Shown: positions 36,829-46,141, counted from the stretch's first letter. The stretch: 48,127 bases of DNA from an uncultured Collinsella sp. (GCA_937958315.1 CALFGH010000149.1:1-48127), one strand, 5' to 3'. The notes: generated by a model not told the origin, from the letters alone. Numbers and translations are program-made.

Positions 36829-38292
36829 ATGTCAGATACGAAGGCGAAGAAGACAAACAGACGTTTTAAGTTCAAATTACCGCATGTCTATACGATCATG
36901 TTCTTGCTGATCGTTGTCTTTGCGGTCCTGACTTGGATCGTTCCCTCTGGTCAGTATCAGCGCAAGACGATTTCGACAGCGGCGGGCGAGCGTGAAGTCG
37001 CCGTTGCTGGAACCTATGAACAGGTCGATAAGAACTACACCGATTCCGAGACCGGCGAGACCATCAATCTGGGCCAGGATATCTTCGCGGTTCTGCAAGC
37101 GCCCACCAAGGGTATCCAAGAGGCCGCCGACGTCGTTGCGTTCGTCTTATTGATTGGCGGATCGTTCGCAATCATCACCAAGACCAACGCTTTGAATGCC
37201 GGCATGAGCCGTGTGATTAAAAAGCTCAAGAACAAGGACATCCTCATCATCCCCATCACGATGACATTGCTGTCCATTTGCGGCACTACGTTTGGTATGT
37301 CTGAGGAAGCCCTGCCGTTCTATGCCATCTTCATTCCCATCATGATGGGTATCGGTTATGACTCGATGACGGCATTCATCATCTGCTTCCTTGGTCCTAA
37401 CCTGGGATATTGTGCTTCGACCATCGACCCGTTCAATGTTTTGATCGCCCAAGGCATTATCGGCATCGAGGGCAATCCTCAGCTGTGGCTGCGCGCCATC
37501 TCTTGGGTCATCTTTACCGCCGTTGGCATCGCATGGGCCATGCGCTATGCCATGCGCGTCAAGAAAAACCCCGAGTCGTCCATTACGTACGAGGACGACA
37601 AGCTCAAGCGTGTTGAGTTTTCCGTGACCGATGCCTCCATCGAGGAAGAGTTCACTACCCGTCAGAAGCTCGTGCTTATCGATTTTGCCTGCGGTATGGG
37701 CATTATCGTCTGGGGTCTTGTTACCCAGGGCTGGTACATGAATGAGATTTCCGCCGTGTTCCTTGGTATGGGCTTGCTTGCCGGTATCCTGGGCGGCCTT
37801 GACCAGCAGACGATCGCCGAGGAGTTCGTTAAAGGCATTGCCGACTTTGCGTACGCCGCCATCGTTATCGGTATCGCTCGCGGCATTCTGGTCATCGCCG
37901 AGGGCGGCATGATCATCGACACCATCCTCCAGGCGCTCGCTACTGCGCTCGCCGGTGCGCCCGCTGCCGTCTACACCACGTTTATGTATATCGTCCTTGG
38001 CCTGCTCTCTTTGCTGGTTCCCTCGAGTTCTGGACTTGCGGCGCTCACCATGCCCGTCATGGGTCCGCTGACCGAGCTTATGGGCCTCAATCCCGAAGCT
38101 GCCGTTACCGCGCTCCAGTTTGCCAACCAAACCATCAACACCATCAGTCCCGTGGCGGGCATGACGGTCGCCGGTCTTGCCGTGGCTAGGATTTCGTTTG
38201 GCCAATGGTGGAAGACCATTTGGAAGTTCTTCATTTTCATGGTCGTCTTTGGCCTGATCGTAACGGCAATCTCTGGCATGCTTCCGGTGTAG
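36829..38292 (+). CDS. YfcC family (C4-dicarboxylate anaerobic carrier-like) transporter
   Basis: PH.Y, LTWIVP.G.Y.R, GTTFGM.EE, V.IAQGI, PS.SG.A.LTMP...PL; multiple TM segments. Confidence 0.88.
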   Translation: MSDTKAKKTNRRFKFKLPHVYTIMFLLIVVFAVLTWIVPSGQYQRKTISTAAGEREVAVAGTYEQVDKNYTDSETGETINLGQDIFAVLQAPTKGIQEAADVVAFVLLIGGSFAIITKTNALNAGMSRVIKKLKNKDILIIPITMTLLSICGTTFGMSEEALPFYAIFIPIMMGIGYDSMTAFIICFLGPNLGYCASTIDPFNVLIAQGIIGIEGNPQLWLRAISWVIFTAVGIAWAMRYAMRVKKNPESSITYEDDKLKRVEFSVTDASIEEEFTTRQKLVLIDFACGMGIIVWGLVTQGWYMNEISAVFLGMGLLAGILGGLDQQTIAEEFVKGIADFAYAAIVIGIARGILVIAEGGMIIDTILQALATALAGAPAAVYTTFMYIVLGLLSLLVPSSSGLAALTMPVMGPLTELMGLNPEAAVTALQFANQTINTISPVAGMTVAGLAVARISFGQWWKTIWKFFIFMVVFGLIVTAISGMLPV

Positions 38293-38301
38293 GTGGTTGT
38301 G

Positions 38302-39885
38302 ATGTCTGATCGTTTGACGGTCCTGACGTCTAAGAGCGTCTTTACCGGTACGGGGGACCTGCCGTTTGAAGGTTTCGTAGCGGTCCGTGGCAATCGAATT
38401 GAGGCTGTTGGCACCAAGTGTGAGGTAGCTTCGTATTTGACCCAGGCGGACGAGGTAGTTGACCTGGGCGACCGCACCGTCATGCCTGGTCTGATCGATG
38501 TACATACCTTCTATACAGGCTGGGCGCTGCGGACGTTGGGGTCTGATCTGTCCGGCATCGATGATGCCAAAGAGGCCGTGTCGCTCTTGCGTGCATGGAA
38601 AGAAGATCATCCGGATTGCGCGGCGGCTTTTGGCCACAACCTATCCGAAACGTTGGCATCGGATGCCGAGAACGCAAATACGGCAGCTGTGTTTGACGAT
38701 TGTTTTGGCGATATCCCCGTCGTCTGCTTTACACCGGGTGCGGAGACCTGCGTTCTAAATGCTGCCGCCAGTGCGCGATACGGCTTTACGCCCCAGGCGT
38801 GCTATGCCGAGAAGATCTGGCGCATGATGAGCGATTTCCTCGCGCTGCCCGAGGTGCGTGCCGGGTATTCGGACTACATGAACATGCTTAACGAGCGTGG
38901 CGTTACCGCCATCAAGGAAATGGCGTTTGATGACTACTACGGCTTTGCCGACGAAATGGCTCGCCGTGAGGAATCTGGCGAGCTGACGGTTCGCGTCTCT
39001 ATGATGTCGCAGCCGGTGGGTGCCGGTGCAAATCTGGCATATGCCCGCGAGGCGCGAGAGCGCTTCCGGGGACCGTTCGTTCGTTTTTCTGGCTTCAACC
39101 GTATGACCGATCGCGGCGTATGGGTGGGGCTTGCAGAGATGATAGACCCCTATGAGGACACGGCCGATGCGGGCGCTGCCGGCAAGACGGTTGTCGAGGA
39201 GCCAGAGTGGGATCTGATTGAGAACGAGCTGCGTGCAATTGATGCTGACGGCTTCCGATATTCCTTGCATTGCCAGGGCGATGGCGCCGTTCGTCGCACC
39301 GTGGCGCTCTATGCCTCGCTGCCTCGAGACGAGCATGGACGGATGCTTCGCCGCCATGCGATTACCGATCTCGAGAATTCTGACCCGACCGATCTTGTCG
39401 AGTTTGGCAAGTTAGGTGGAATTTGCGAGGTCTATCCGCAGATTCTGACGCTGGACCGGCGCGAGGATTGCCTGTCGATGATGCGTCGACAAATTGGCGA
39501 GACGCGACTTTTGCACAGCTGGAATCGCCGCGGCATGGAAGATTCCGGATGCACGGTGTGCTGTGGAACGGATTTGCCGCTGTTGATTCCGAGCCTGGGC
39601 GAGTCAATCTACAGCGCGTGCGGCGGATTCTTCGCCGACGGACTGCCCGTGAATGAGGTCAACACGCTGACGCTTGTCGAGCTCTTGCGCGCTTGGACTG
39701 CCGGGGGCGCGTACGATCTGATGCGCGAAGATGAGCTGGGTACGCTCGAGGTCGGCAAGCTTGCCGATATCTGCGTGCTCGATCGGGATGTGTTTGACCT
39801 CGATTATCGCGACGCACGCGATCTTGCGGTTGATATGACGATGTCGGACGGACAAATCGTGTTCGATCGAAATAAGGAGGCATAA
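38302..39885 (+). CDS. Amidohydrolase family 3 (YtcJ-like) protein
   Basis: DLG.RTVMPGLID.H, HCQGD.A, GTD, GTLEVGKLAD..VLD. Confidence 0.85.
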   Translation: MSDRLTVLTSKSVFTGTGDLPFEGFVAVRGNRIEAVGTKCEVASYLTQADEVVDLGDRTVMPGLIDVHTFYTGWALRTLGSDLSGIDDAKEAVSLLRAWKEDHPDCAAAFGHNLSETLASDAENANTAAVFDDCFGDIPVVCFTPGAETCVLNAAASARYGFTPQACYAEKIWRMMSDFLALPEVRAGYSDYMNMLNERGVTAIKEMAFDDYYGFADEMARREESGELTVRVSMMSQPVGAGANLAYAREARERFRGPFVRFSGFNRMTDRGVWVGLAEMIDPYEDTADAGAAGKTVVEEPEWDLIENELRAIDADGFRYSLHCQGDGAVRRTVALYASLPRDEHGRMLRRHAITDLENSDPTDLVEFGKLGGICEVYPQILTLDRREDCLSMMRRQIGETRLLHSWNRRGMEDSGCTVCCGTDLPLLIPSLGESIYSACGGFFADGLPVNEVNTLTLVELLRAWTAGGAYDLMREDELGTLEVGKLADICVLDRDVFDLDYRDARDLAVDMTMSDGQIVFDRNKEA

Positions 39886-39886
39886 G

Positions 39887-40738
39887 ATGTCTGAATCCAA
39901 GCCGACGCTGCGCCGCGAACAGATTGCGGGCATGAATATCCACTACATCATGTGGTCGCTCGATTACTTCCTTGATGTGCAGCAGCGTTTGGGCTTTGAG
40001 TCCATTGAGCTGTGGTGCGCAGAGCCGCATGTGACGCTCGACCATACGGGCTACTTTGAGGCTGAGGTCCTGGCGAAAAAGGCTGCAGACCGTGGGCTTA
40101 GGTATCGTACTCTGTGCCCCGAGAATGTTGTCTATCCTTGGCAGTACTGCGCACGCAAGCCGCTGCATGAACAGCGCAGCCTGGCGTACTTTAAGCACGG
40201 CATTGAGCTTGCCGAGGTACTTGGGTGCGACCGTATGTCCATCAACTCGGGCTGGGGTGACTGGGACGAGGACCGCGAGGAAGCCTGGAAGCGCAGCCGC
40301 GAGCACTTGTCCATTCTGGCGGAGTATGCCGGCGAGCACGGTCTGGTGCTTACGATGGAAAGCCTGCGTCCCGAGGAGAGCAACCTTGTGACGACGGTTT
40401 CCGATGCGAAGCGCATGATTGACGAGGTCGCGAGCCCGTACTTACAGCCCATGGTTGATACAACCGCGATGGGCGTTGCAGGCGAGACGCTCGAGGACTG
40501 GTTTGCCGCCTTTGGTGATGGGGCAATTCACGAGATGCACTTTATCGACGGTGACCCGTATGGCCATCTGGTGTGGGGCGATGGCAAGCACGATATGGAC
40601 GCCTTCGTCGCCACACTCAACGCCCATGGTTTTGACGGCATGCTGGGCCAGGAAATCACGGACGGCCGTTACTACGATGACCCGGCGGCGGCTGATGCCA
40701 AGAACATGGCCGCATTCGAGAAATATCTGATTGACTAA
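39887..40738 (+). CDS. frlC: Sugar isomerase/epimerase TIM barrel, fructoselysine 3-epimerase-like
   Basis: GFESIELW, metal ligands E (MESL), D (MVD), H (MHFID), E (QEI), HL.WGDG; adjacent to frlB/frlD. Confidence 0.7.
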   Translation: MSESKPTLRREQIAGMNIHYIMWSLDYFLDVQQRLGFESIELWCAEPHVTLDHTGYFEAEVLAKKAADRGLRYRTLCPENVVYPWQYCARKPLHEQRSLAYFKHGIELAEVLGCDRMSINSGWGDWDEDREEAWKRSREHLSILAEYAGEHGLVLTMESLRPEESNLVTTVSDAKRMIDEVASPYLQPMVDTTAMGVAGETLEDWFAAFGDGAIHEMHFIDGDPYGHLVWGDGKHDMDAFVATLNAHGFDGMLGQEITDGRYYDDPAAADAKNMAAFEKYLID

Positions 40739-40800
40739 AACAACTATCGGCCACGCAACCAACGTCATTGATTGCGGCCCAAACAAGAAAGGAACTGGAT

Positions 40801-41769
40801 ATGAACGCACACGATCTGATCAAAGAGGCAATTGCCGAGAAGGGCAAGTTCGACAGCGTCTACTGGATTGCTTGCGGTGGCTCCATGATCGATTTGATCC
40901 CGGCTCATGAGCTTCTGCAGCGCGAGGCAACCACCTTCACTTCGTATATCTATACCGCACGTGAATTCGACATTATGCGTCCGCGTCGTCTGGGCGAGAA
41001 GTCCCTGGTCATCGCTTGCAGCCACAGTGGCAATACCCCGGAGGTCGTCGAGGGCTGCGAGATTGCCCTTGCCGCCGGCGCTACGGTGATCGCCCAGACC
41101 GACAACGCTGGATCCAAGATCGACTCCGGCAAGTGGACCACGTGGGTCTACCCATGGGGCGAGGGTGTGCCGCAGGCCGAGGTCCCCGCTGGCATTTCGC
41201 TGTCGCTTGCGGCAGAGCTGCTCGATCAGCAGGAGGGCTACGCCGATCTTGCCGATATGTATGCCGGTATCGCCGAGATGGATAAGATTCTTCCCCCGGC
41301 ACGCGAGAAGGTAAATGCCGAGCTGGGCGATCGCTTTGCCAAGCTTTGCCAGGAGCACGAGTTCTTCTATATTCTGGGCAGCGGTCCCAACTTTAGCCAG
41401 ACCTACGGTTTCGCTATCTGCTCTCTTATGGAGATGCAGTGGCAGCACTGCAGCTACATCCACTCTGCCGAGTACTTCCATGGCCCCTTCGAGGCTACTC
41501 AGGATGGCGTTTTTTACTTCCTGCAGATGGGCTCCAGCGAGTGCCGTGCTATGGACGAGCGCGCCCTGGCGTTCCTTAAGACGCATACCGATACGCTGAT
41601 GGTGCTCGATGCCAAGGAGTACGGTATGGAAGCCGTGCCGGCGAGCGTCCGTGCCTATCTGGACCCGGTGCTGTTCTACGCCATGAACTGCGAGCTGCGT
41701 GCTGCACGCGGCAAGGTGTTTGATCACGATCCCGATTTCCGTCGCTATATGGGTGTTGTCGAGTACTAG
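40801..41769 (+). CDS. frlB: SIS-domain fructosamine-6-phosphate deglycase
   Basis: ACGGS, SHSGNTPE, EMQW, EYFHGPFE, RRYMG. Confidence 0.9.
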   Translation: MNAHDLIKEAIAEKGKFDSVYWIACGGSMIDLIPAHELLQREATTFTSYIYTAREFDIMRPRRLGEKSLVIACSHSGNTPEVVEGCEIALAAGATVIAQTDNAGSKIDSGKWTTWVYPWGEGVPQAEVPAGISLSLAAELLDQQEGYADLADMYAGIAEMDKILPPAREKVNAELGDRFAKLCQEHEFFYILGSGPNFSQTYGFAICSLMEMQWQHCSYIHSAEYFHGPFEATQDGVFYFLQMGSSECRAMDERALAFLKTHTDTLMVLDAKEYGMEAVPASVRAYLDPVLFYAMNCELRAARGKVFDHDPDFRRYMGVVEY

Positions 41770-41783
41770 AAGGAGCAAAGGCC

Positions 41784-42647
41784 ATGGCATTTAACGTTAA
41801 CGCGCTCGGATTTGGCGACAACGTCGTCGATCGCTACGAGCATATCCACACCATGTATCCCGGCGGCAATGCGGTGAACTTCGCCGTTTATGCCAAGAAA
41901 TGCGGTGCCGCACGCTCCGCATACATGGGCATTTTTGGCAATGATGCCGCTGCCGAGCATGTCATTGCAAGCCTCGAGGATGAGGGTATCGAGCTTGACA
42001 AGTGCGAGCAGATGATTGGCGAGAACGGAGCGGCTCGCGTGACCGTCGTTGACGGTGACCGTGTCTTCCTCGGCTCCAACGAGGGCGGTATCCGTGGCGA
42101 TGCGCGCTATGTCCTCGATCGCTTTGACCTTTCGTACATGAAGCAGTTCGATGTGGTTCATTCGGGCAACTATTGCTTTACTGAGCGCGAGCTGCCCAAG
42201 TTGAAGGCTGCGGGCGTCACGGTCTCTTTTGACTTTTCGGACGACTCCACCGACGAGTACTACGAGCAGATTGCGCCCTACGTCGATTTTGCTTTCTTTA
42301 GTGCGGCGGATGCCGCGAGCGAGGACGAGATTCGCGAGCGTCTGGCATGGGTGAAGGGCCTGGGTCCGCGTTTTGTGTCGGCTACGGCGGGCGCCGAGGG
42401 CTGCATTGCTTACGACGGCGAGCGTTATTACCGCCAGCTGGCTAAGCCGGTAACGGACATGAAGGACACCATGGGGGCGGGCGACTCGTTCCTCACTTCG
42501 TTTTTGATGTGCTATCTCGATTCCGCCAAGCGTGGTGAGGATGGTGCCGAGGCCATCGAGCGTGCGCTCGACTTTGCTGCCGGGTTTGCCTCGACCGTGT
42601 GCGGCATGGAAGGCTCTTGGGGCCACGGAGCACCAATCGTCGAATAG
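41784..42647 (+). CDS. frlD: PfkB family fructoselysine 6-kinase
   Basis: GDNVVD.Y, YPGGNAVN.AV, GDRVF, FDFS, DTMGAGDSF. Confidence 0.88.
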   Translation: MAFNVNALGFGDNVVDRYEHIHTMYPGGNAVNFAVYAKKCGAARSAYMGIFGNDAAAEHVIASLEDEGIELDKCEQMIGENGAARVTVVDGDRVFLGSNEGGIRGDARYVLDRFDLSYMKQFDVVHSGNYCFTERELPKLKAAGVTVSFDFSDDSTDEYYEQIAPYVDFAFFSAADAASEDEIRERLAWVKGLGPRFVSATAGAEGCIAYDGERYYRQLAKPVTDMKDTMGAGDSFLTSFLMCYLDSAKRGEDGAEAIERALDFAAGFASTVCGMEGSWGHGAPIVE

Positions 42648-42688
42648 CCGAGCGGTCCCGGGGAGGTGCAGGCGCCTCCTCGGGACCC

Positions 42689-42921
42689 GGTGTGCAAAAA
42701 ATGCCAAATATGAGTACTGTGACTAATTTAGTCGCAGCAAAATCAACCCCTTCAGACGTGATTTGAGCGTCTGGAGGGGTTTAAGATTTGCGAAAACGCA
42801 GGATGAATGACTGTAAAAGCTTTAATTAGCGGACAATCGAGGATTATTCTGGCGGTTGGAAAGTTAAAAGAAATGTATCCATTCCGGTAGCAGTACTCAT
42901 ATTTGGCATTTTTTGCACACC
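42689..42921. mobile_element. MITE-like element, 233 bp, with 31-bp perfect terminal inverted repeats
   Basis: GGTGTGCAAAAAATGCCAAATATGAGTACTG at 42689-42719 and its exact reverse complement at 42891-42921; AT-rich interior; no target-site duplication seen. Confidence 0.6.
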
Positions 42922-42926
42922 AGGGG

Positions 42927-43709
42927 TTAGCGAAGGTCAAAAACATAGTGCGCATTTGCTAAAACTGCCGACTCGATGCGCTTTGCGTCACAGTTTTTGA
43001 GTGAGGCAATGCGCATCGAGGTCCTTGTGAGCGATTTGATGAGCGACTGCGCGCTTGTCTCTATGTTTGGTTCGGCTGGCGCATCGGTCTCGAGCAGTTG
43101 ACGGTCGAGTGGAATCTGTCGGGCATATTCGCGACCGCGCTTGGTGGCGAGCATGCGTTCGTTGACGGAAAAATAGCAGCCCGCATTACGCGCGCGGACG
43201 AGTTCGTCCGAAGTGCCGCTAAACCAGTGGAAGATGATAACGGGGGAGTCGGAGTTTGGGATGAGTAGTCCATGCGATTCGAGGACGTCCAGTACGGCTC
43301 CTGCTGAACGAACGGCGTGAATTGATATCACGCGCCCGGCAAGAGGGCACTGCACGAGTGTATCGCAGAGCCGGTCAAATGCCTGTATTTGTAGCGGCTC
43401 ACTTCCGGCAAAACGAGCGGAAAAGTCGAGCCCGACCTCGCCAACAAAACGTTCTTGCGCGGCAATTTGGCAGAGTAGGTCAATTTCTGCGTTGCCGCAT
43501 CGCTCGTCGGCGAGCCACCAGGGATGGAGGCCGATGCCCTTGATGACGGTAGGAGGGCGACGGGTTCGTCCATGTGCGTTAGCGAAGTCGCGTGGATCGA
43601 CGCCGCAATCAAATAGACCCAAGCCCAGCGCCGTTGCCTCATCGGCAACAGCGTCCGGGTGAGCCATTAAATCAAGATGGCAATGTGCATCAAATAATCG
43701 GGGCTCCAT
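42927..43709 (-). CDS. tatD: TatD family nuclease
   Basis: DAHCHLD, GLHPW, GEVGLDF, IH, HWFSG, LETDAP. Confidence 0.92.
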   Translation of the reverse strand: MEPRLFDAHCHLDLMAHPDAVADEATALGLGLFDCGVDPRDFANAHGRTRRPPTVIKGIGLHPWWLADERCGNAEIDLLCQIAAQERFVGEVGLDFSARFAGSEPLQIQAFDRLCDTLVQCPLAGRVISIHAVRSAGAVLDVLESHGLLIPNSDSPVIIFHWFSGTSDELVRARNAGCYFSVNERMLATKRGREYARQIPLDRQLLETDAPAEPNIETSAQSLIKSLTRTSMRIASLKNCDAKRIESAVLANAHYVFDLR

Positions 43710-43723
43710 CTCGGCGCGCTCCG

Positions 43724-44521
43724 CTAGTCCAAGCGCTGGCCATCGGCGCGCACGCGCTCGGTACCGCGGCCACTGATCTGGCGGATAACCTCGCCGGCGA
43801 TCATCTGACCCATGATGGGCGGCATAAAGCTGGCGGTTCCCAGCTCGGTGCGCTCGTGGATGTTGGAAGGATCGCGGGGCTGTGTCTTAACCGATTCCTC
43901 GCAGCTAAACAGTACATGCAGGCTCTTGATTCCGCGCTTCTTGCATTCTTTGCGCATAATGCGGCTCATGGGGTCACGCACCGTATCGAAGATGTCGGCA
44001 AAGCGGAGGCACTCGGGATGGAGCTTGTTGGCCCCGCCCATGGAGCTAACCAAACGAATGCCGTGGTCCTGAGCGTATTTGGCAATGGTGAGCTTGGCCG
44101 AGATGGTGTCGATGGCGTCGACGACGTAGTCGAGCTTGCCGTCCGTCTGCTCCAAAACGCTCGCGAAGAAATCATCGATGTTGTCGCTCAGCAAGTATTC
44201 GGTGCGCTTGATGACGGTGGCGGCGGGATTGATGTCGTGGATCATGGCCTCCATCACGTCAACCTTGCGCTTGCCGACGGTGCTGTGAAAGGCGATGGAC
44301 TGGCGATTGATATTGCTGGGCGCGATGATGTCCTTATCCAGAATGACGAAATGACCAATGCCGCCGCGGGCGAGTGCCTCGCAGCAGTTGGAGCCCACGC
44401 CTCCGCAGCCGAGCACTAGCACCGTAGCATCGGCGAGCTTATCGAGTGCCTCGCGGCCCATGATAATCTCGAGCTTGGTGTCGCGTGTCTCGATGGCGGC
44501 TGCGGCTGTGGTCTCGGTCAT
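43724..44521 (-). CDS. tcdA: tRNA threonylcarbamoyladenosine dehydratase (ThiF family)
   Basis: GCGGVGS, EALARGG, SNINRQ, DAID, SSMGGA, DP..R..RK, FS.E. Confidence 0.9.
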   Translation of the reverse strand: MTETTAAAAIETRDTKLEIIMGREALDKLADATVLVLGCGGVGSNCCEALARGGIGHFVILDKDIIAPSNINRQSIAFHSTVGKRKVDVMEAMIHDINPAATVIKRTEYLLSDNIDDFFASVLEQTDGKLDYVVDAIDTISAKLTIAKYAQDHGIRLVSSMGGANKLHPECLRFADIFDTVRDPMSRIMRKECKKRGIKSLHVLFSCEESVKTQPRDPSNIHERTELGTASFMPPIMGQMIAGEVIRQISGRGTERVRADGQRLD

Positions 44522-44727
44522 AGATATCCTCCGATGGGGAGTCGGTCGTGTTTTAGCTATCGCCATTATAGGTATTATTGCGATTCCATTTGAGCCCTTG
44601 GGCTTGTTGAAATGGGATCGGGATTCGCATAAGATTGAAGCAGATGGCACCCGTTGCAGCGGGTTGGCCAACTCCGAAACACGTTTATGGCGTGAGAAGT
44701 GGCCGTCTTCGCATTACGCGGGGGCGG

Positions 44728-44814
44728 CTATTTCATTCGACCTCCAATGTGGATGCCGAGCTCCACAGCCGCGATTACAAGCAATAACAACGTCAGGACA
44801 TCGTCAATACTCAT
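44728..44814 (-). CDS. 28-aa hydrophobic peptide MSIDDVLTLLLLVIAAVELGIHIGGRMK, putative type I toxin
   Basis: GAAGGAG SD 7 nt upstream; single TM segment with basic C-terminus; own promoter; below the ORF-track length cutoff. Confidence 0.7.
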   Translation of the reverse strand: MSIDDVLTLLLLVIAAVELGIHIGGRMK

Positions 44815-44865
44815 AGTCCATCTCCTTCTCGGGTAGAGGGAGCTGGCCCATCTGCTTCAACTTCC

Positions 44866-44894
44866 ATTGTAGCTAAATACGAACGAATGTTCTA
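44866..44894 (-). promoter_or_regulatory. Promoter of the small peptide gene with LexA box over the -35
   Basis: Minus strand TAGAAC-17nt-TACAAT; CGAAC-GAAT-GTTCT at 44880-44893. Confidence 0.7.
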
Positions 44895-44908
44895 TAGATG
44901 TTCCTGTA

Positions 44909-44946
44909 TTAGATAATTAGACAAACATCTAAATATCGAGTATAGT
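44909..44946 (+). promoter_or_regulatory. sdpRI promoter with ArsR-type operator
   Basis: TAGACA-17nt-TATAGT; dyad TTAGA-N6-TCTAA at 44917-44932. Confidence 0.6.
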
Positions 44947-44980
44947 GTGCGCGTCATGAGAGATGATGAGAGGAGGTCTT

Positions 44981-45259
44981 ATGCCGGGAGAGGGCTTTAA
45001 GGCGCTTGCCGATCCAACGCGACGGCGCATTTTGGAGTTGCTGCGCGAGGGCAATTGCACGGCGGGGGAGCTTGCCGAGCATTTCGATATCAGTAAGCCG
45101 TCGCTGAGCCATCACTTGGCGACGCTCAAAAACGCCGGGTTGGTGACCGACGAACGTCATGGCCAAAACATCGTTTACAGCTTAAACACCACCGTCATGC
45201 AGGACTTGATCGGTTGGTTTATGGGCTTTACAAACACGGAAGGTGATAAGGATGAATAA
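44981..45259 (+). CDS. sdpR: ArsR family repressor, SdpR-like
   Basis: FKALADPTRRRIL, TAGELA..F..SKPS.SHHL..LK, GQ.I.YSLNTTV. Confidence 0.88.
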   Translation: MPGEGFKALADPTRRRILELLREGNCTAGELAEHFDISKPSLSHHLATLKNAGLVTDERHGQNIVYSLNTTVMQDLIGWFMGFTNTEGDKDE

Positions 45260-45956
45260 CGAAAACAAGGGCATTCACGCCACGGGGGTATCGCGGCGTG
45301 TGTGGATTGCGCTGATCGCTCTGTGCGTCGCCAATGTCGTAGCGCACCTCATGGTGATGCCGAGCTTGCCTGGGCAGATTCCCACGCACTGGGGCGCGAA
45401 CGGAGCCGTCGACGGTTGGGGTCCCAGCTGGATGGCCTCCGCGCTCGGCGTGCTGCCTCTGGTGCTTCTCGCAATGTTCTGCGTGGTGCCGCGCATCGAT
45501 CCCAAAGGTGAGGCATATCGAACCTCGGGCAAGTTCTATCAGGGCTTCGTAATCGCCTTCACCTTGTTCATGTGCGCCATAAGCTGGCTGGGAGAGCTTA
45601 CGGTCTGGGGCGTGGTGCCGGCGGTCGGTTCGGTTAACGTGCTGATTTCCGGTGTTGTCGGTTTGCTGTTCATCGGCGTAGGCAACTACTTGCCGCGTGT
45701 GAAGCAGAACTATACGCTCGGTATCAAGACGCCTTGGGCGCTTGCCAATCCCGAGAACTGGCGCCGTACGCAGCGCTTTGGCGGTGCCTGCTTTATGGTG
45801 CTGGGCTTTGGCCTGATTGTGATGGGCGTGGCGGGTAGCGTGCTTTCGAGTGAAGTCGTCGCCGCGGTGATTGCGGTTCTGGCGTTTGGTTCGGTTGGAG
45901 CCGTCTACGTCTACTCGTATCTGCTGTGGCGCAAATCGCAGCGAGCCGCTCGCTAA
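45252..45956 (+). CDS. sdpI: SdpI/YhfL family immunity membrane protein (DUF1648 + SdpI)
   Basis: LP.QIPTHW...G.VDGW, GNYLP...NY.LGI.TPW.L...NW..T.R; overlaps sdpR stop. Confidence 0.87.
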   Translation: MNNENKGIHATGVSRRVWIALIALCVANVVAHLMVMPSLPGQIPTHWGANGAVDGWGPSWMASALGVLPLVLLAMFCVVPRIDPKGEAYRTSGKFYQGFVIAFTLFMCAISWLGELTVWGVVPAVGSVNVLISGVVGLLFIGVGNYLPRVKQNYTLGIKTPWALANPENWRRTQRFGGACFMVLGFGLIVMGVAGSVLSSEVVAAVIAVLAFGSVGAVYVYSYLLWRKSQRAAR

Positions 45957-46141
45957 GGTTGCGGAAAACTAGCGTACGCAGTTCATAGTATGTTCCGGGG
46001 GAACTTTTCCCAGGTAGTATTAGGGGGTATGGGCAACCATGCCCCTATTTCGTTACGTTTCAGAGCTGGTTTTTCCATTTCGTTTCCACTAAAGCGAAAC
46101 AAGAATAGGAAAACAGCAGGTAGAAAGGATAAAACAGGCAT

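Noticed and set aside
42752..42955. 67-aa ORF inside the MITE-like element
   Set aside because: Starts within tatD, crosses the terminal repeat, no transposase motif
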